This document shows, one piece after another, positions 39,006 through 51,483 of a stretch of 64,000 bases of DNA. The translations under genes and the position numbers were made by a program. The DNA lies in NCBI RefSeq assembly GCF_004010195.1, contig NC_057726.1:48478447-48542446 (forward strand), in the 5' to 3' direction. The DNA is from Chiloscyllium plagiosum. Lineage: Eukaryota. Below the pieces are notes generated by a model, which worked only from the letters and a program-made list of their open reading frames with translations, searched no databases and had not been told where the DNA came from. Positions within the stretch are counted from its first letter, which is position 1; each line of letters starts with the position of its first letter.

Positions 39006-39323
39006 AGCACAGTGGGACAGTGGTTAGCACTGCCGCCTCACAGCGCCAGAGACCTGGGTTCAATTCCCGCCTCAGGCGACTGACTGTGTGGAGTTTGCAC
39101 GTTCTCCCCGTGTCTGCGTGGGTTTCCTCCGGGTGCTCCGGTTTCCTCCCACAGTCACAAAGATGTGCAGGGCCAGGTGAATTGGCCATGCTAAATTGCC
39201 CGTAGTGTTAGGTAAGGGGTAAATGTAGGGGTATGTGTGGGTTTCGCTTCGGCGGATCGGTGTGGACTTGTTGGGCCGAAGGGCCTGTTTCCACACTGTA
39301 ATGTAATGTAATCTAATCTAATC
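39006..39323 (+). mobile_element. HE1-type SINE, young (CpGs intact)
   Basis: CAGTGGTTAGCACTGCCGCCTCACAGCGCCAGAGACCTGGGTTCAATTCCC head; TGTAA/TCTAA tail. Confidence 0.93.
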
Positions 39324-39439
39324 ATAATAACTCATAGTAAAGGATCATATTAGCTTCTTGACTCTGTGTTGTACCTGCATGCAGTCTTACGGTCCGTGCA
39401 CACCAATCAGACTTGGATGCCTGTACAGTGGCTTGGGAA

Positions 39440-39646
39440 ATTAGAGTCAAAATGTGTGGTTTTGTAAAAGCACAGCGGATCAGGCAGCATCCAAGGAGCA
39501 GGAGAGTCAACGTTTTGAGCATAGGCCCTTCGTCAGGAATGAAGAGCTTATGCTCGAAACGTCAACTCTCCTGATCCACAGATGCTGCCTCTCCCCGCTT
39601 TGCTTTTCTAGCACCATATTTTTTGACTTTGATCTCCAGCATCTGC
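39440..39646. mobile_element. Head-to-head palindromic PLE-derived element with two abutting hammerhead motifs
   Basis: Minus: ATTC-CTGACGA-A-GGGC-CTAT-GCTC-AAAAC-GTT-GACT. Plus: ATGA-A-GAGC-TTAT-GCTC-GAAAC-GTC-AACT (39539-39567). Arms are inverted repeats. Confidence 0.8.
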
Positions 39647-41162
39647 GGAAAATTAGAGGCAACATAGCCTGCATGCTAATTTACTGTGACTCGAGCACCT
39701 GAATACCTTGATCTCTCTGTACCTCAGAATTCTGCAGTCATTCTCCATTTAAGTAATACTTCAATTTTTCATTCTTCCTGCCAATGTGAAAAAGTTGCAT
39801 TTTACGACATGATGTTCTATCTGCCAGATTTTTGCCCACTCACTCAACTTATCTATATCCATCTGTAACATCTTCTTGACAACATACCTGCCTTGATGTC
39901 ATCACTCTCCTCATCTAAGTCATTGATATAAATTGTAAAAGGTTGAAGCCTCAGCACAGACACCTGTGGGACCACACTCATCACATCCTGCCAATCAGAC
40001 ACACACCCATACTGTTTTCTGACAACCAGCCAAACTTCCATGTTAGTTTGTTACCCTCATACCAAACATTTTTATTTTTTACTAAAACATTGTTGTGTTG
40101 CCTTATGAAATGCCTTCTGGTAATCCAAGTACAGTACATCTACAGGTTCTCTCTTTATCCACAGCACATATTACTCCTTCAAAGAACTCCGATAAATTGG
40201 TTAAATTTGATTTCCTTTCGATGAAACCCATTCTGACACTTCATGATTACCTCAGGTTTTTCTTACACACAGCTATAATCTCTTTAATGATCAATTTGAA
40301 TACCTTCCCCATGACAAATAACTAGATAACTGGCCTATAGTTGCCAATTTTCTGCCCCCTTCTCTTCATGAGTACAGAGATTATGTTTGCTACCTTCCAG
40401 TCAGCTATAACCTCGGTCAAAGAGACAATACACAACCACCTGGACAAACAGAGCAGATGACTCAATGAGGAACTAACCAACAAGGACTGCATACTGAAAC
40501 TATTGGATCTGTGCTTGTTGACGCACTTCATATTCAGCAGCCAGACATATGAACAAATCAATGGGACACCTATGGGCTCATAGCAGAAGCAGTGATACAT
40601 AGAGTAGAACAATCATTGGATCAGATATGTGGATGACACTTTTGTAATAATTAACAGAACAGAGATTGAGAGCACACACCAGATTATCAACACCATGCTC
40701 ACAGGGATCAAATTTGCAAGAGAGGAGAAAATTAACAACCAATTCCCATTCCTAGACGTGATGGTAGAAAGAACACAGAACGGGGAATACACAACAAAAG
40801 CCACACACGGACCAGATCCTGAATTCCAACAGCAATCCCCTCAAACACACACAAGAGAAGCTGCATTAGAAACCTGTTCAAAAAGGCTACCACACACACA
40901 GCATACCCGACTTGCGAAGAGAAGAGGAACACCTCTACAAAGTCTTTGCTCGGAATGAATATCCACACAACTTCTTCCGCAGATGCCTGGCAGATGAACA
41001 ATGCGACGAGAACATGCCATGATCCAACAGACTAACCACTCTATCTTGCATAAAAAAAGTCTCGGAACTAACAGCTAGACTGCTCCAACCACTCGGATTT
41101 ATGAGAGCACATAAACCGACAACCACGCTCAGACAACAATTCACCAGAACAAATGACCCACT

Positions 41163-41251
41163 GAGAGTCAGTTAGACTCAAAACGTCAGCTCTTTTCTCT
41201 CCTTACAGATGCTGCCAGATCTGCTGAGATTTTCCAGCATTTTCTCTTTTG
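41163..41251 (+). mobile_element. Short PLE-derived element nested in the Penelope element, 8-bp TSD
   Basis: GACCCACT at 41155-41162 and 41252-41259. Begins with the hammerhead 3' half GAGTC-AGTTA-GACTC-AAAAC-GTC. Confidence 0.8.
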
Positions 41252-41658
41252 GACCCACTACCCACCATGTGCAAGACAAACGTTGTGTACAAGATTTCAT
41301 ATAGAGACAGCACGAAACACTATACAGGACAAACAGACATACAATTAGCAATCCACATTCATAAACATTAACTAGCCACTAAACACCATGACCAGCTGTC
41401 CCTAGTATCTATATACACGGGCGACAAGGGCCACAAACTCAACTTGGACACATAACAATAACAGGACAAACCAAACAGAGGATAGCCAGAGAATTCCTAG
41501 AAGCTTGGCGTTCATCCAAGGACTCCATCAATAAACATGTTGAGCAATATACTGACCGCTGCAATAAACAACTGGAACCAGCAATCAGAAGCAGTGGGAA
41601 TGAAACCAAATAAATTCCAACCATCACTGTACATCAGCACTTCAGAGGAGGCTCCACA

Positions 41659-41698
41659 GTACTGAGGATGTCACCTAGAAAGGGGACGAAATGTCTGC
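41659..41698 (+). ncRNA. Minimal type I hammerhead ribozyme motif in the PLE 3' repeat
   Basis: GTA-CTGAGGA-T-GTCACCT-AGAA-AGGGGAC-GAAA-T-GTC-TGC: core CUGANGA and GAAA, stem II with one mismatch, GUC triplet, stem I GUA/UGC. Confidence 0.75.
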
Positions 41699-42317
41699 AA
41701 ACCAAATTCCCAGCTCAGCAAACATACCCAGAACAACTGCAGGTATAACCTCTCCTGAATCTAGAGCATTTTGGAAACTTAACACTGATGCATCAATAAC
41801 TTCATTAGCAACCTCTTTCACAACTCTAGGCTGAATTCCATCTGGACCCAAAGACTTGTCAGACTGCAGCCCTATCAGTTTGCTTTGTATTACATCCCTG
41901 ATTATTGTAATTGCATCAAATTTCTCTTTCCTTACCATGTCCTGAACTATAATCATTATTGGAATGCTTTTGTATCCTCTGTAATTAGGACAGGAGAAAG
42001 ATACATGTTTATTTTACCAGCTATTTTCTCATTCTATTCTATTTACACTCTGTTCTCACTCTCTAGAGGACCAAGACTCAACTTCCTCCTTCTTCTTCCT
42101 TATAATACCTGTAGAAGCTCTCTGTGTATATATACACATTCCGAGATAGCTTCCTCTCACATTCTAATGTCTTCCTCCTGGTAGTTTCTACCATCAGCAT
42201 TCTTTTTATTCAAAAGTTAAAGTGAGTTTGTATTGGAAGAACAGAGGATTCCACAAATGCGAAAATGTGAAAAATTAATAGTTGATGCTTCTTTCTTAAA
42301 GTTTTATCTCACTATTG

Positions 42318-42645
42318 TGGTGGCATGGTGGCTCAGTGGTTAGCACTGCTGCCTCACAGCAGCAGGGTCCCATGTTTGATTCCAGCCTTGGGCGACTGTC
42401 TGTGTGGAGTTTGCACATTCTCCCTGTGGCTGCGTGGGTTTCATCCAGGTGCTCCGATTTCCTCCCACAGTCCAAAGATGTGCAGGTCAGGTGAATTGGC
42501 CATGCTAAGAATTGGCCATGCTAAATTGCCCATAGTGTTAGGTGCATTAGTCAGAAGGAAATGAGTCTGGGTGAGTTACTCTTCAGAGGGTCGGTTTGGA
42601 CCTGTTGGGTCAAAGGGCCTCTTTCCACACTGTAGAGAATCTAAA
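42318..42645 (+). mobile_element. HE1-type SINE
   Basis: TGGCTCAGTGGTTAGCACTGCTGCCTCACAGC head; CR1-like tail. Confidence 0.9.
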
Positions 42646-43254
42646 TGACAGGGGGTAAATGAGTGGTCTTTGTCAATTCTACTCTGTACACAATGTGAGA
42701 AGTTACATGAAGTTATAGCTTTGAAAATTCTTTCGTTGGTAAAAACGAGAGTGTGACTTCCTGTCTCTGTATTCTCTGAATAGCCACCCTGAGACTAGCA
42801 AGTCAAAAATAGCAAGTCTAATCATATGCTTTACTACTTCATGGAGCAGTTGGATGTCACTTTTACTGTTGGCTATTCAACACTGGTGATTGTGTCACTT
42901 TGTCCATATATTATAAGAACAAATGCCATAGTTGGCAAATTTATAATTGCATATGTTTTTGCAACAAAATTTAACTGTCAATTTTTACCTTGTGTGACAT
43001 CTGGTAATGAGTTGATTAAATTGTTTTTCTTAAGAAAATCATGAAGTGTCATGTCATTAACTTTCTGAACAGTATTTCAAAATTAGAGGACAGGCAGCAA
43101 GATATTAGTGGAGCTTAGGGACCAAAAGGGCATCCAACAAAATGTTACTATCACTTAGATTTTAAAGTTTTACTTGAAAATAACACATTGGAGTATTTAG
43201 AATGTTGAATGAATGATTTTGTTGTTGTGTGTACTTTACAGTGAGGGAAACAGT

Positions 43255-44375
43255 AGGAGTCATAGAGCATGGAAATGGACCGTTCAACCCAACCAGTCCA
43301 TGCCGACCATAATTCCAAACTAAACTCGTCCCACCTGCCTGCTTTTGGTGCATATCACTCCAAACATTTCTCATTCATATACTTATCCAAATGTCTTTTA
43401 AATGTAACTCTAAGTGGTAAATGTAACTGTATCTGCATCCACCACTTCCTCTGTAAATTCATTCACATAAGAACTACTTTCTATATAAAAATGATGCCCC
43501 TCATGTCTTTTAAATATGTCTCTTCTCACCTTAAATATGCTGCCTAGTTTTGAAATCACCAACTCCAGGGAAAAGACGGCTGCTATTCATCCTATCTATA
43601 CCCCTCTTGATTTTATAATCCTCTATAAGATCAAGCCTCAACCTCCTGTACTCCAGTTAAAAAGGTCCCAACCTCTCCGGACTCTCCTTATAACTCAAAC
43701 GCTCCATATCTGGAACATCTTGGTAAAGCTTTTCTGAGCCTTCACTAGCTTAATAATATCCTTCCTTTAACAGAATGACCGGAACTGGGCACAGTATTCT
43801 AGAGCAGGCATCATCAACAAACTGTACATGATAGCTCAATTCCTATACTCAAAGATGTGAGCAATGAAGGCAAGCATGCTAAATGCCTTCTTAACCACAT
43901 GTCTACAGGTGATGCAAATTTCAAAGAATTATGTACTTAAACTCCTCAATCTCTTTGTTTAACAGTATTTCCCAAGGCCCTGGTTTTAATTGTATAAGTC
44001 CTGCCTTTGTTTGTTTTACCAAAATGCAATACCTCATAGTTATGCAAATTAAACTGCATCTGCCACTCCTCAGCCCGTAGATCCAATTGGTCAAGATCTT
44101 TTTGTAATCTCAGACATCCTTCTTTACTGTATACTATGTCTTCAATTTAGGTGTCATCCATAAACTTACTAACCATTTTCATCTAAATAACTTATACAAA
44201 TGGGAAACAAAAGTGGACCCAACACCAATTTGTAGAACATCGTTGGTCACAGGCCTCCAGTCCGAAAAACAACCCTCCACCACCACTCTGTCTCCTGCCA
44301 CTAAGCCCATTTTGTATCCAATTGGCAAGCTCACCTTGAATTCCATTTGATCTAACTTTACTTATTAGTCTACCA
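43255..44375 (-). mobile_element. CR1 RT/3' fragment
   Basis: Reverse complement of CR1 3' UTR and RT C-terminal sequence, similar to 23850-24320. Confidence 0.8.
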
Positions 44376-47249
44376 AGTGGTGGTAGATTAGTCTACAATG
44401 TGGTCAAGTTATAAACATAAACAAATCCTGGGATCAGCCTTCTGCAGGCTCTTTAAGGGTATGCCTGGTACCTAATAGTGAAGAGTGCACAGCACATATA
44501 CTATCTATTTGTAACTCTAAATTACTATTTGAGACCTACGTACATCATACAACCATATGCCTGCTGCACATGGCAACTGCTTGAATCAGGTGGACAGATA
44601 CTTCAGATATATATTTAACTGAGAATCATATACAAGGTGCTTGCACCTAGAGTGCCAGGATGACTAAATGGTCAGTATTGGTCCATAAAAGTTCTAAATT
44701 ACTTTCTGAGTCATTAATACACTTTTACATCATCAGAACAAGTAACATTAATCCCGATCATTCAACACTTTATACTGAATGTTACGATAAAGTGAGAAAA
44801 GTTATTTGTTACTCTATGTGCATATGTGTTAAAACATATTTTCTTTTCCTTTGCTATACTTCCATACACATCGAGACTGTTCAGTCAGGTCTGTTGGTTT
44901 ACTCACCTATTCATTATTCTGGCTACAATTGATTAACAAAACAGAACTTTGGCTACTAATACAAATCAAACAAAGTAAAGCACAGGGCTCACAGCCTAGC
45001 TTCAGTATCACCCAGGAATGGTGAATCCAGCCAAAGGAGTTTCTAATCACTGGGTCCTGGAGACAAGGGCTGGTCACTTTTACAATGATTGTTCTCAGGA
45101 GTGGTTACTGCCTGTGCTCACTTTGTTCCCTTCTTTTGTAGGGTTTCAATCAACACAGCATCTGCAGTCATTGTTTTTACCATCAACTAACTGCCAGCTC
45201 AAAGTGGAGAGGATCTCCAAGAAAATTGCGCATATTGACACAGACATCTTTATAGGGTGGTTGTTTACTTCTTTTCCTTTGAATACTCTGTAAACCTTGA
45301 AGCATTGTATATTATCTCTCCTGTGTCCCTGATGTCTTCACTGCTGACTGCCCATGTGAGCTGCTACTAATTAGCCCACTGTGCAAAGCCTGTCATGTTG
45401 CTTATCACTTGAATCCACAGCATCTTGTCAATTGCTACAGTCAGCAAACTTCAAGATTCTTCACTACCAGATTTCATATAGTTTTTCAGAGTCTGGGATC
45501 CACACCTTTTTAACACTGAACCATCACATATTAATTAAACTTAGTCACCCCAATCAAAAATAAACAAGAGCCAGTTTCAGGGTTTTCTTGACTGAATGAG
45601 AGTGGTGATTTGTTACCAAACATAAGTGACAATAAACACCTGCACAAAACACACGTTTCAAAGAAACTGTTGGGAGAGATATCTGGTGTGGATAGCAAGG
45701 TAAAAGCTGATGCAATTTACAGTTTTTTCAAGAGTTGTCGTGTTGAATGACTGACAGCTGAATCCAACTGTTTAGCTGCTATCTTGTTCCCTCTATAATG
45801 ACAATGCTGCAGATATCCCAAAATTCTCAGTTAACTGCTGCTGTTCTTCCAAGTTGCTGTTCATCAACTAGTTCATCTGAATTTGAGATTGAGAGACAGT
45901 GTCTTCCAGTTCTTGTTCACAAATCCATTTTCCTAATCTTTCCTTTACCAGCTGCTGATAAAGGTCCACTTGTATATTCTTATGTCTGCTCATTTTGTTT
46001 TCAAATTCTGCAGGTAGCTTTTCATCTCCAACTGTGATATTATCATTCCAAATGTGAGTAAAGCAAGGCATGCAAAATTCTTGACACTTCGTTAAGTTTC
46101 AATACCTCTGGTTAAAAATGGCAATTCTCACACAATCCATTTAATATATATTCCATTGAGTTACCTAGACTCGTTAAGGAATCACAGCAGCCATTTTGAA
46201 TCCTTTTTAAAACCAGTTTCGTCCATTCAAGTTTCAGGTATTGAAATCAAATGATGAATGTTGAGTATTGATAGGCCATTTTCACTATGATCATATCACA
46301 AAGTAAGCAACAAATAAGTTGTAGGAGCATCACCTGTGGTTCAATTGTAATACAGCGAAGGAAAAAGAGACTGATTAAGAGAGAAAAAAAAAGACAAAAA
46401 GGAACCATAAGAAAGAAAATAAATTTTCAATTTCAGTCATCTCTAACAACAATTCTTTACTGACAGGACTGACTCCTCAGAGGAGTTTGTTCTCTTTCTT
46501 GGCTAAATCTCATTTGTTAAAAAAATGTTTTTGCTGTTAGTTCCTAAATTCCTAGAGTTCAGCTGATAATCAAAGTGCAAACAGAGCAGTTTCATGAAAC
46601 TTGCAAAGAAATACAGATCAAGTTGTAGTTCCTCTCTCTGGAGTGACCATAACAACTGATATGATTCTCGATTCACAGCATCTGTCCTCCTCGTCAAAAG
46701 GTATTCCCCACTTTATACATTAATCGTGCCATGTGTGTATTAATTTCACCACTATTTTGACAACAAAATCTGAGCCATTATTTGCTTAAACACAGCAATG
46801 TCCTTAAAACTCATAATGGCCCGTTTGTTCTGATGGTCAGATAGTCATAGGAGCAGCACAGGCAGGAGTTGTAAATCCATGCAAGCTCCTGTCTGTGCCT
46901 AGAGGAATCCAACATGCAACAGAGTCTGTGAGGATTGTTCAGGAAATTGACAATTCAAATAGACAATTCACCATGTATTTGGAACCTCCAAAAGAAACTA
47001 TTAAAGACGGAGAATTTGGAGGCTTCCACTTCAGTTAAGAAGCATAGAATCTCTACAGTGTGGAAGCAGGCCATTTTTCCACTTTTAATCCTGCCTACAC
47101 CTCCAATTCCTCCTTACTCTTCAATCTGCTCAAGAACCTCACCGTTTTAAAAAAAAATTAACTGAGGGATGTGGGTGTCGCTGGATGGCCAGCATTTATT
47201 GCCCATCCATAGTTGCTTTTGTGAAGGTGGTGGTGAGCTATCTCTTTTT

Positions 47250-47460
47250 AATAGAAACCCTACAGTGTGGAAACAGGCCATTCAGCCCAACAAGTCCACA
47301 CCAATCCTCTGAAGAGCATCCCACCCAGACCCATCCCCTTACCACATCCCTGTAACCCTGCATTTCTATTGGCTAAAACATCTAGCCTACATATCCCTAA
47401 ACACTATGGGCAATTTAGCATGACCAGTCCATCTAACTTGCACATCTTTGGACTGTGGAA
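47250..47460 (-). mobile_element. HE1-type SINE, 5'-truncated
   Basis: Body and tail only. Confidence 0.8.
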
Positions 47461-47661
47461 GCTCTGGGGAGTCAGGAGGTGAGTTACTCTCCGTAGTATT
47501 CCTTGCATCTGACCTGCTCGTGTAGTCACTGTGTTTTTCCAGTGAGTCCAGTTGAGTTTCTGGTCAATGGTAATCCACAGGATGTTGATAATGGGGGATT
47601 TAGTGATGGTAACACCACTGAATGTCAAGGTACAGTGGTTATATTGTCTCTAATTGGTGAT

Positions 47662-48610
47662 TGAACTGAATCATTTATTGTTACATGTATTTAATATACA
47701 GTGCAAAGTTAATCCCGAGGCCATGCATTGGCACAGTTCTTTTGACTAAAATCAAACCAAAAATAAAGAAAGACAACTTAAACAGAATCCAGTTTTTCCT
47801 TTTCTGCCGCTAGAATCCCACTCCAGCTTCTCCAGCCCACGCCATGTCACTGCCAGTATCCCACTCCGGGTTTCACTCGCCCATGCCATGTCATGCCAGT
47901 ATCCCACTCCGGCTTCACCAGCCCATGCCATGTCACTGCCAGTATCCCACTCCGGGTTTCACTAGTCCATGCCATGCTGCCGCTAGAATCCTGCTCTGAG
48001 CTTTACCAGCCCACACCATGCAATCGCCAATATCCCACTCCAGGTTTCACCAGCTCATGCCATGTCACCACCAGAGTCCCGCTAGAGTCCAGCTTATGCC
48101 ATTGCTCAGCCAGTATCCCACCCCAGGCTTCTCCAGCTCTTGCCATGCCGCCTCTAGAATCCCACTCTGGGCTTCACCAGCCTACGCCATGTCACTGCCA
48201 AAATCCCACTCCTGGCTTCACCAACCTATGCCATGCTGCCGCTCAAATCCTGCTCTGGTCATTACCAGCCCGTGCCATGCCACAGCCAGAGCCCCGCTCT
48301 GAGCTTCACCATCTCACGCCATGCCACCAGCAGTATCCCGCTCTGGGCTTCACCAGCCCATGCCATGCCGTCACTAGAATCCCGCTCCAGGCTTCACAGG
48401 CCAGCTGACTCTGTAGCTACATTGCCTCTGAAGCCGCCTTCCTACCGAAGAGCTCTCTTTACCAGGTAAATTTAAGTGAAAACTAAAAACAAAGCTGAGA
48501 AAAGAAGAAGGGGAAAAAGAGTAAAGATAAAGCAGATGAAGAGGATGAGCCAGGGCACAGGAACCAAAATGATGCCTATTCTGCCACCGCCATCCTGGTT
48601 GTGATCATCT
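47662..48610 (-). mobile_element. Non-autonomous element with Rex/Babar-like ends carrying a minisatellite
   Basis: Minus-strand 5' end CAGGATGGCGG followed by a pyrimidine tract; 3' tail CACTGTATATTAAATACATGTAACAATAAATGATTC resembles the tail of the Rex fragment at ~7900. Interrupts a LINE. Confidence 0.55.
47805..48400. repeat. GC-rich minisatellite, 42-44 bp unit, about 13 copies
   Basis: Unit approx. GCCATGTCACTGCCAGTATCCCACTCCGGGTTTCACCAGCCCAT; unit starts at 47841, 47885, 47927, 47971 and onward. Confidence 0.92.
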
Positions 48611-49969
48611 TGATGGTCATAGCCCGGCATTTGTATGGCATGAACGGCACTTGTCACTTGTCAGCCCAAGCCAGGATATTATCCAGATCTTGTTGCAATT
48701 GAACATGGACTGCTTCAGTATCTGAGGAGTTGCAAATGGTGCTGAATATTTTGCTATCATTGGTGAGCATCCCCGCTTCTAACCTTATGTTGGAGGGAAG
48801 ATCATTGATGAAGCAGCTGAAGATAGTTGGGCCGAGGTCACTACTTTGAGGAAGTCCTGCACAGATGTCCTGGAGCTGGGATGACTGACCTCCAACATCT
48901 ATGACCATTTTCCTCTGTCAGGTATGACTCCAACCAGTGGAGAGTTTGTCCACTGATCCCCATTGATTCCAGATTTGCTAGGGCTCCTTGATGCCACATT
49001 CGATCGAATGCGGTCTTGATGTCAAGTACTGTCACTCACACCTCACCTCTGGAATTCAGCTCTTTTGTTTATGTTTGAACCAACACTGTAATGAGGTCAG
49101 GAGCTGAGTGGCCCCAGCACAGCCCAAAACTGGGCATCACTGAGCAGGTTATTGCTGGGCAGGTGCTGCTTGATAGCACTGTCAATGACCCCTTCCATCA
49201 CTTTACTGATGATCGACAGTAGACTGATGGGTCAGTAATTGGCCGGGTTTGATTTTTCCTACTATTTTTGTACATGACATACCTGGGCAATATTTCACAT
49301 TATCAAGTAGATACTAGTGTTGTAGCTGTACTGGAACAGCTTGGCTAGGAGAGCGGCAAGTTCTGGAGCACAAGCCTTCATTGCTATTGCAGGTATGTTG
49401 TCAGGGCCCATAGCCTTTGTAGTATCCAGAGTCTCCAACAATTTCTTGATATCATGTGGAGTGAATCAAATTAGCTGAAGACTGGTATCTGTGACATGGG
49501 GAGCACTGGAGGAGGCAAAGATATATCATCCAAATGGCGTGTCTGGCTGAAGATTACTGCAAAAGCTTCAGCCTTATAATTTGCACTGATGTGCTGAGCT
49601 CTTTCATCATTGAGAATGGGCATATCTGTGAAGTCTCCTCCTCCAGTGAGTCATTTAATAGTTCACCACCATTCATGATGGGATGTGGCAGGATGCAGAG
49701 CTTAGATCTGATCTGTTGGTTGTAGGATCCCTTAGCTCTGTGTATCACTTGCTGCTTATGCTGTTTGGTAAGCAAGTAGTCTTATTTAGTGGCTTGACAC
49801 TTCATCTTCTGGTATGCCTAATGCTGCTATTAGCATTTCCTCCTGCATGCTCCTTTGACCAGGGCCGATCCCCTGGTTTGATGGTAATGGTTGAGTGGGG
49901 CATATATCAGGGCATGAGGTTGCAGATTGTGCTGGAGTACAATTCTGCTGCTGTTGTGGCCCTCAGAAC

Positions 49970-50790
49970 CTCACAGTACCCCTTCCTGAATTCTGTATCT
50001 ACATCCTCCTTCTCCCGAATGAAGATGGATGTGAAGTTCTTATTTAACCCGCTACCAGTGTCTGCCAGTCCCACTTACAAATTGACCCTTTCGTCCCTAA
50101 TGGGTTGTACTCTTTTCCTGGTTATCCTAATCTGCTTGATATGCTTATACAGTATCTCAGATTCTCCCTAATCTTGCTGACCAGTGCTTTTTCATGCCCC
50201 CTCTTTGCTCTCCTAATTGCCTAATTTCCCCACTGCACTTTCTATACTTCACAAGGGCCTCCATTTGTATCTGTTAAAAGTTCCTCTTTGCCTTCTTATC
50301 CAGTCCTAAATCTCCAAGCATTCGTTGGGCTTATTACTCCAACATCTCATACTAAAGGGAACATGTTGGGCCTGTACTCACCCCAATCCCTCTTTGAACT
50401 TCCCCCTCCCCCACCTCCCATTCTGTAGATTTAGCCAGAAGTAGCTGTTTCCAGTCTACATCTGCCTTATTTTAATAAAGATCTGTCTTCCCCAACTCAA
50501 AACTCTTTGATTGCAAACCAATGTTTTCCTTTTCCATCAGAAACGTACACAACGTTGTGGTCACTATCACTAAAATGCTCCCCCATTGTTACCTTAAACA
50601 TCTTCATTCCATAGAATGAGGTTCAGCACTACACCGTCCCTGTTGGACCTCCCTGATATTAGAGTCTGTCCTGAATATATTTCAAGAATTCTGCCCCCTC
50701 TAAATTGTTTATGTAATGACTATTCCAATTAATGCTTGGGAAATTGAAATCTCCTAATATAATTACCTTGTTATTGTTTTTACTCACCTC
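49970..50790 (-). mobile_element. Degenerate CR1 endonuclease-region fragment
   Basis: Reverse complement contains GDFNFP- and SDH-like segments. Confidence 0.6.
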
Positions 50791-51105
50791 AGTCAATTGT
50801 TTACATATCTGTGCCTCTGATCTCTGCTATGTAAGTCTTAAAAGGTCCCACAAATGCAATATGGATGAATGCTCTCCTTCCGTGTTGTATCATTCTATGA
50901 TTGTATGTTTGTCTATACTTGAACAGGCAAGGATTAAGCATGCAGTTGGGTTCTATGTGGGACTTTTTTAAAAGATTTCTGTCAATATGCAAAGAATCAC
51001 CTAAATAAGTTGGGCATCCGTCAATGTTAATGTCAAGTCTAAGCACTTTATATCTGCCTCAGTTACTGTGCTGTCAATGAAGTGCAACGGTTTCAAACTA
51101 TACAA

Positions 51106-51408
51106 GGGTGGCACAGTGGCTCATTGGTTAGCACTGCTGCCTTACTGCACTAGGGACCTGGATTCAACTCCACCTTTGGGTGACTGTTGGGGTGGACTTT
51201 ATACATTCTCCCTGTGCCTGTGTGGATTTCCTCCCACAGTCCAAAGATGTGCAGTTTACATGGATTGCCCACTGCGTTGAGGGTTGTGTAAGCTAGGTGG
51301 GTGAGCCACGGGAAATGGAGGGTTACAGGGTGGCGTGGATCTGGGTGGGACGCTCTGTGTGGGCGCGATGAGCCGAATGACCTACTCCCGCACTGAAGTG
51401 ACTCTATG
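51106..51408 (+). mobile_element. HE1-type SINE upstream of the MMP2 promoter
   Basis: GGTGGCACAGTGGCTCATTGGTTAGCACTGCTGCC head; GACTCTATGA tail. Confidence 0.88.
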
Positions 51409-51483
51409 ATTAGAGTGGTGCTGGAAAAGCACAGGAGGTCAGGCAGCATCCGAGGAGCAGGAAAATCGACGATTCGGGCAAAA
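51408..51483 (-). mobile_element. Truncated PLE-derived short element (CpGs retained)
   Basis: GTGCTGGAAAAGCACAGGAGGTCAGGCAGCATCCGAGGAGCAGGAAAATCGACGATTCGGGC, same family as 22311-22458. Confidence 0.75.

Larger units (their letters stand above)
40415..41739 (+). mobile_element. Penelope-like retroelement (PLE), 5'-truncated and degenerate, inserted in a minus-strand CR1
   Basis: RT motifs YEQINGTPMGS and YVDDTFVI; GIY-YIG-type YTGQT..LAIHIHKH near 41320; 3' end with a hammerhead motif; TSD CAG(C/G)TATAACCTC at 40402-40414 and 41740-41752. Confidence 0.88.
39660..42180 (-). mobile_element. Old CR1 ORF2 fragment hosting the Penelope insertion
   Basis: VPQVSVLRLQPFTIYINDLD, DWKVANI..GNYRPV and DKSLGPDGIQPRV motifs either side of the PLE. 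Confidence 0.8.
47461..49960 (-). mobile_element. CR1/L2-type LINE RT fragment interrupted at ~47662-48610
   Basis: LDIKTAFDRMWH and GLPQSSDLGPTIFSCFINDLP motifs; ITIDQKLNWT C-terminal segment. Confidence 0.8.

Noticed and set aside
39006..39075. tRNA gene
   Set aside because: tRNA-derived SINE head continuing into SINE body and tail; the same holds for the other copies.
45200..46070. Protein-like minus-strand segments (e.g. ORF 45868..46071)
   Set aside because: Frequent stops, no recognisable domain and no clear splice structure.
47805..48400. CRISPR-like array
   Set aside because: Contiguous tandem units without unique spacers, in a vertebrate genome, with no cas genes.
47893..48469. 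Long overlapping ORFs (171 aa and others) with repeated PCH/AMP motifs
   Set aside because: Translation of a 42-44 bp minisatellite with variable phase; no gene structure.
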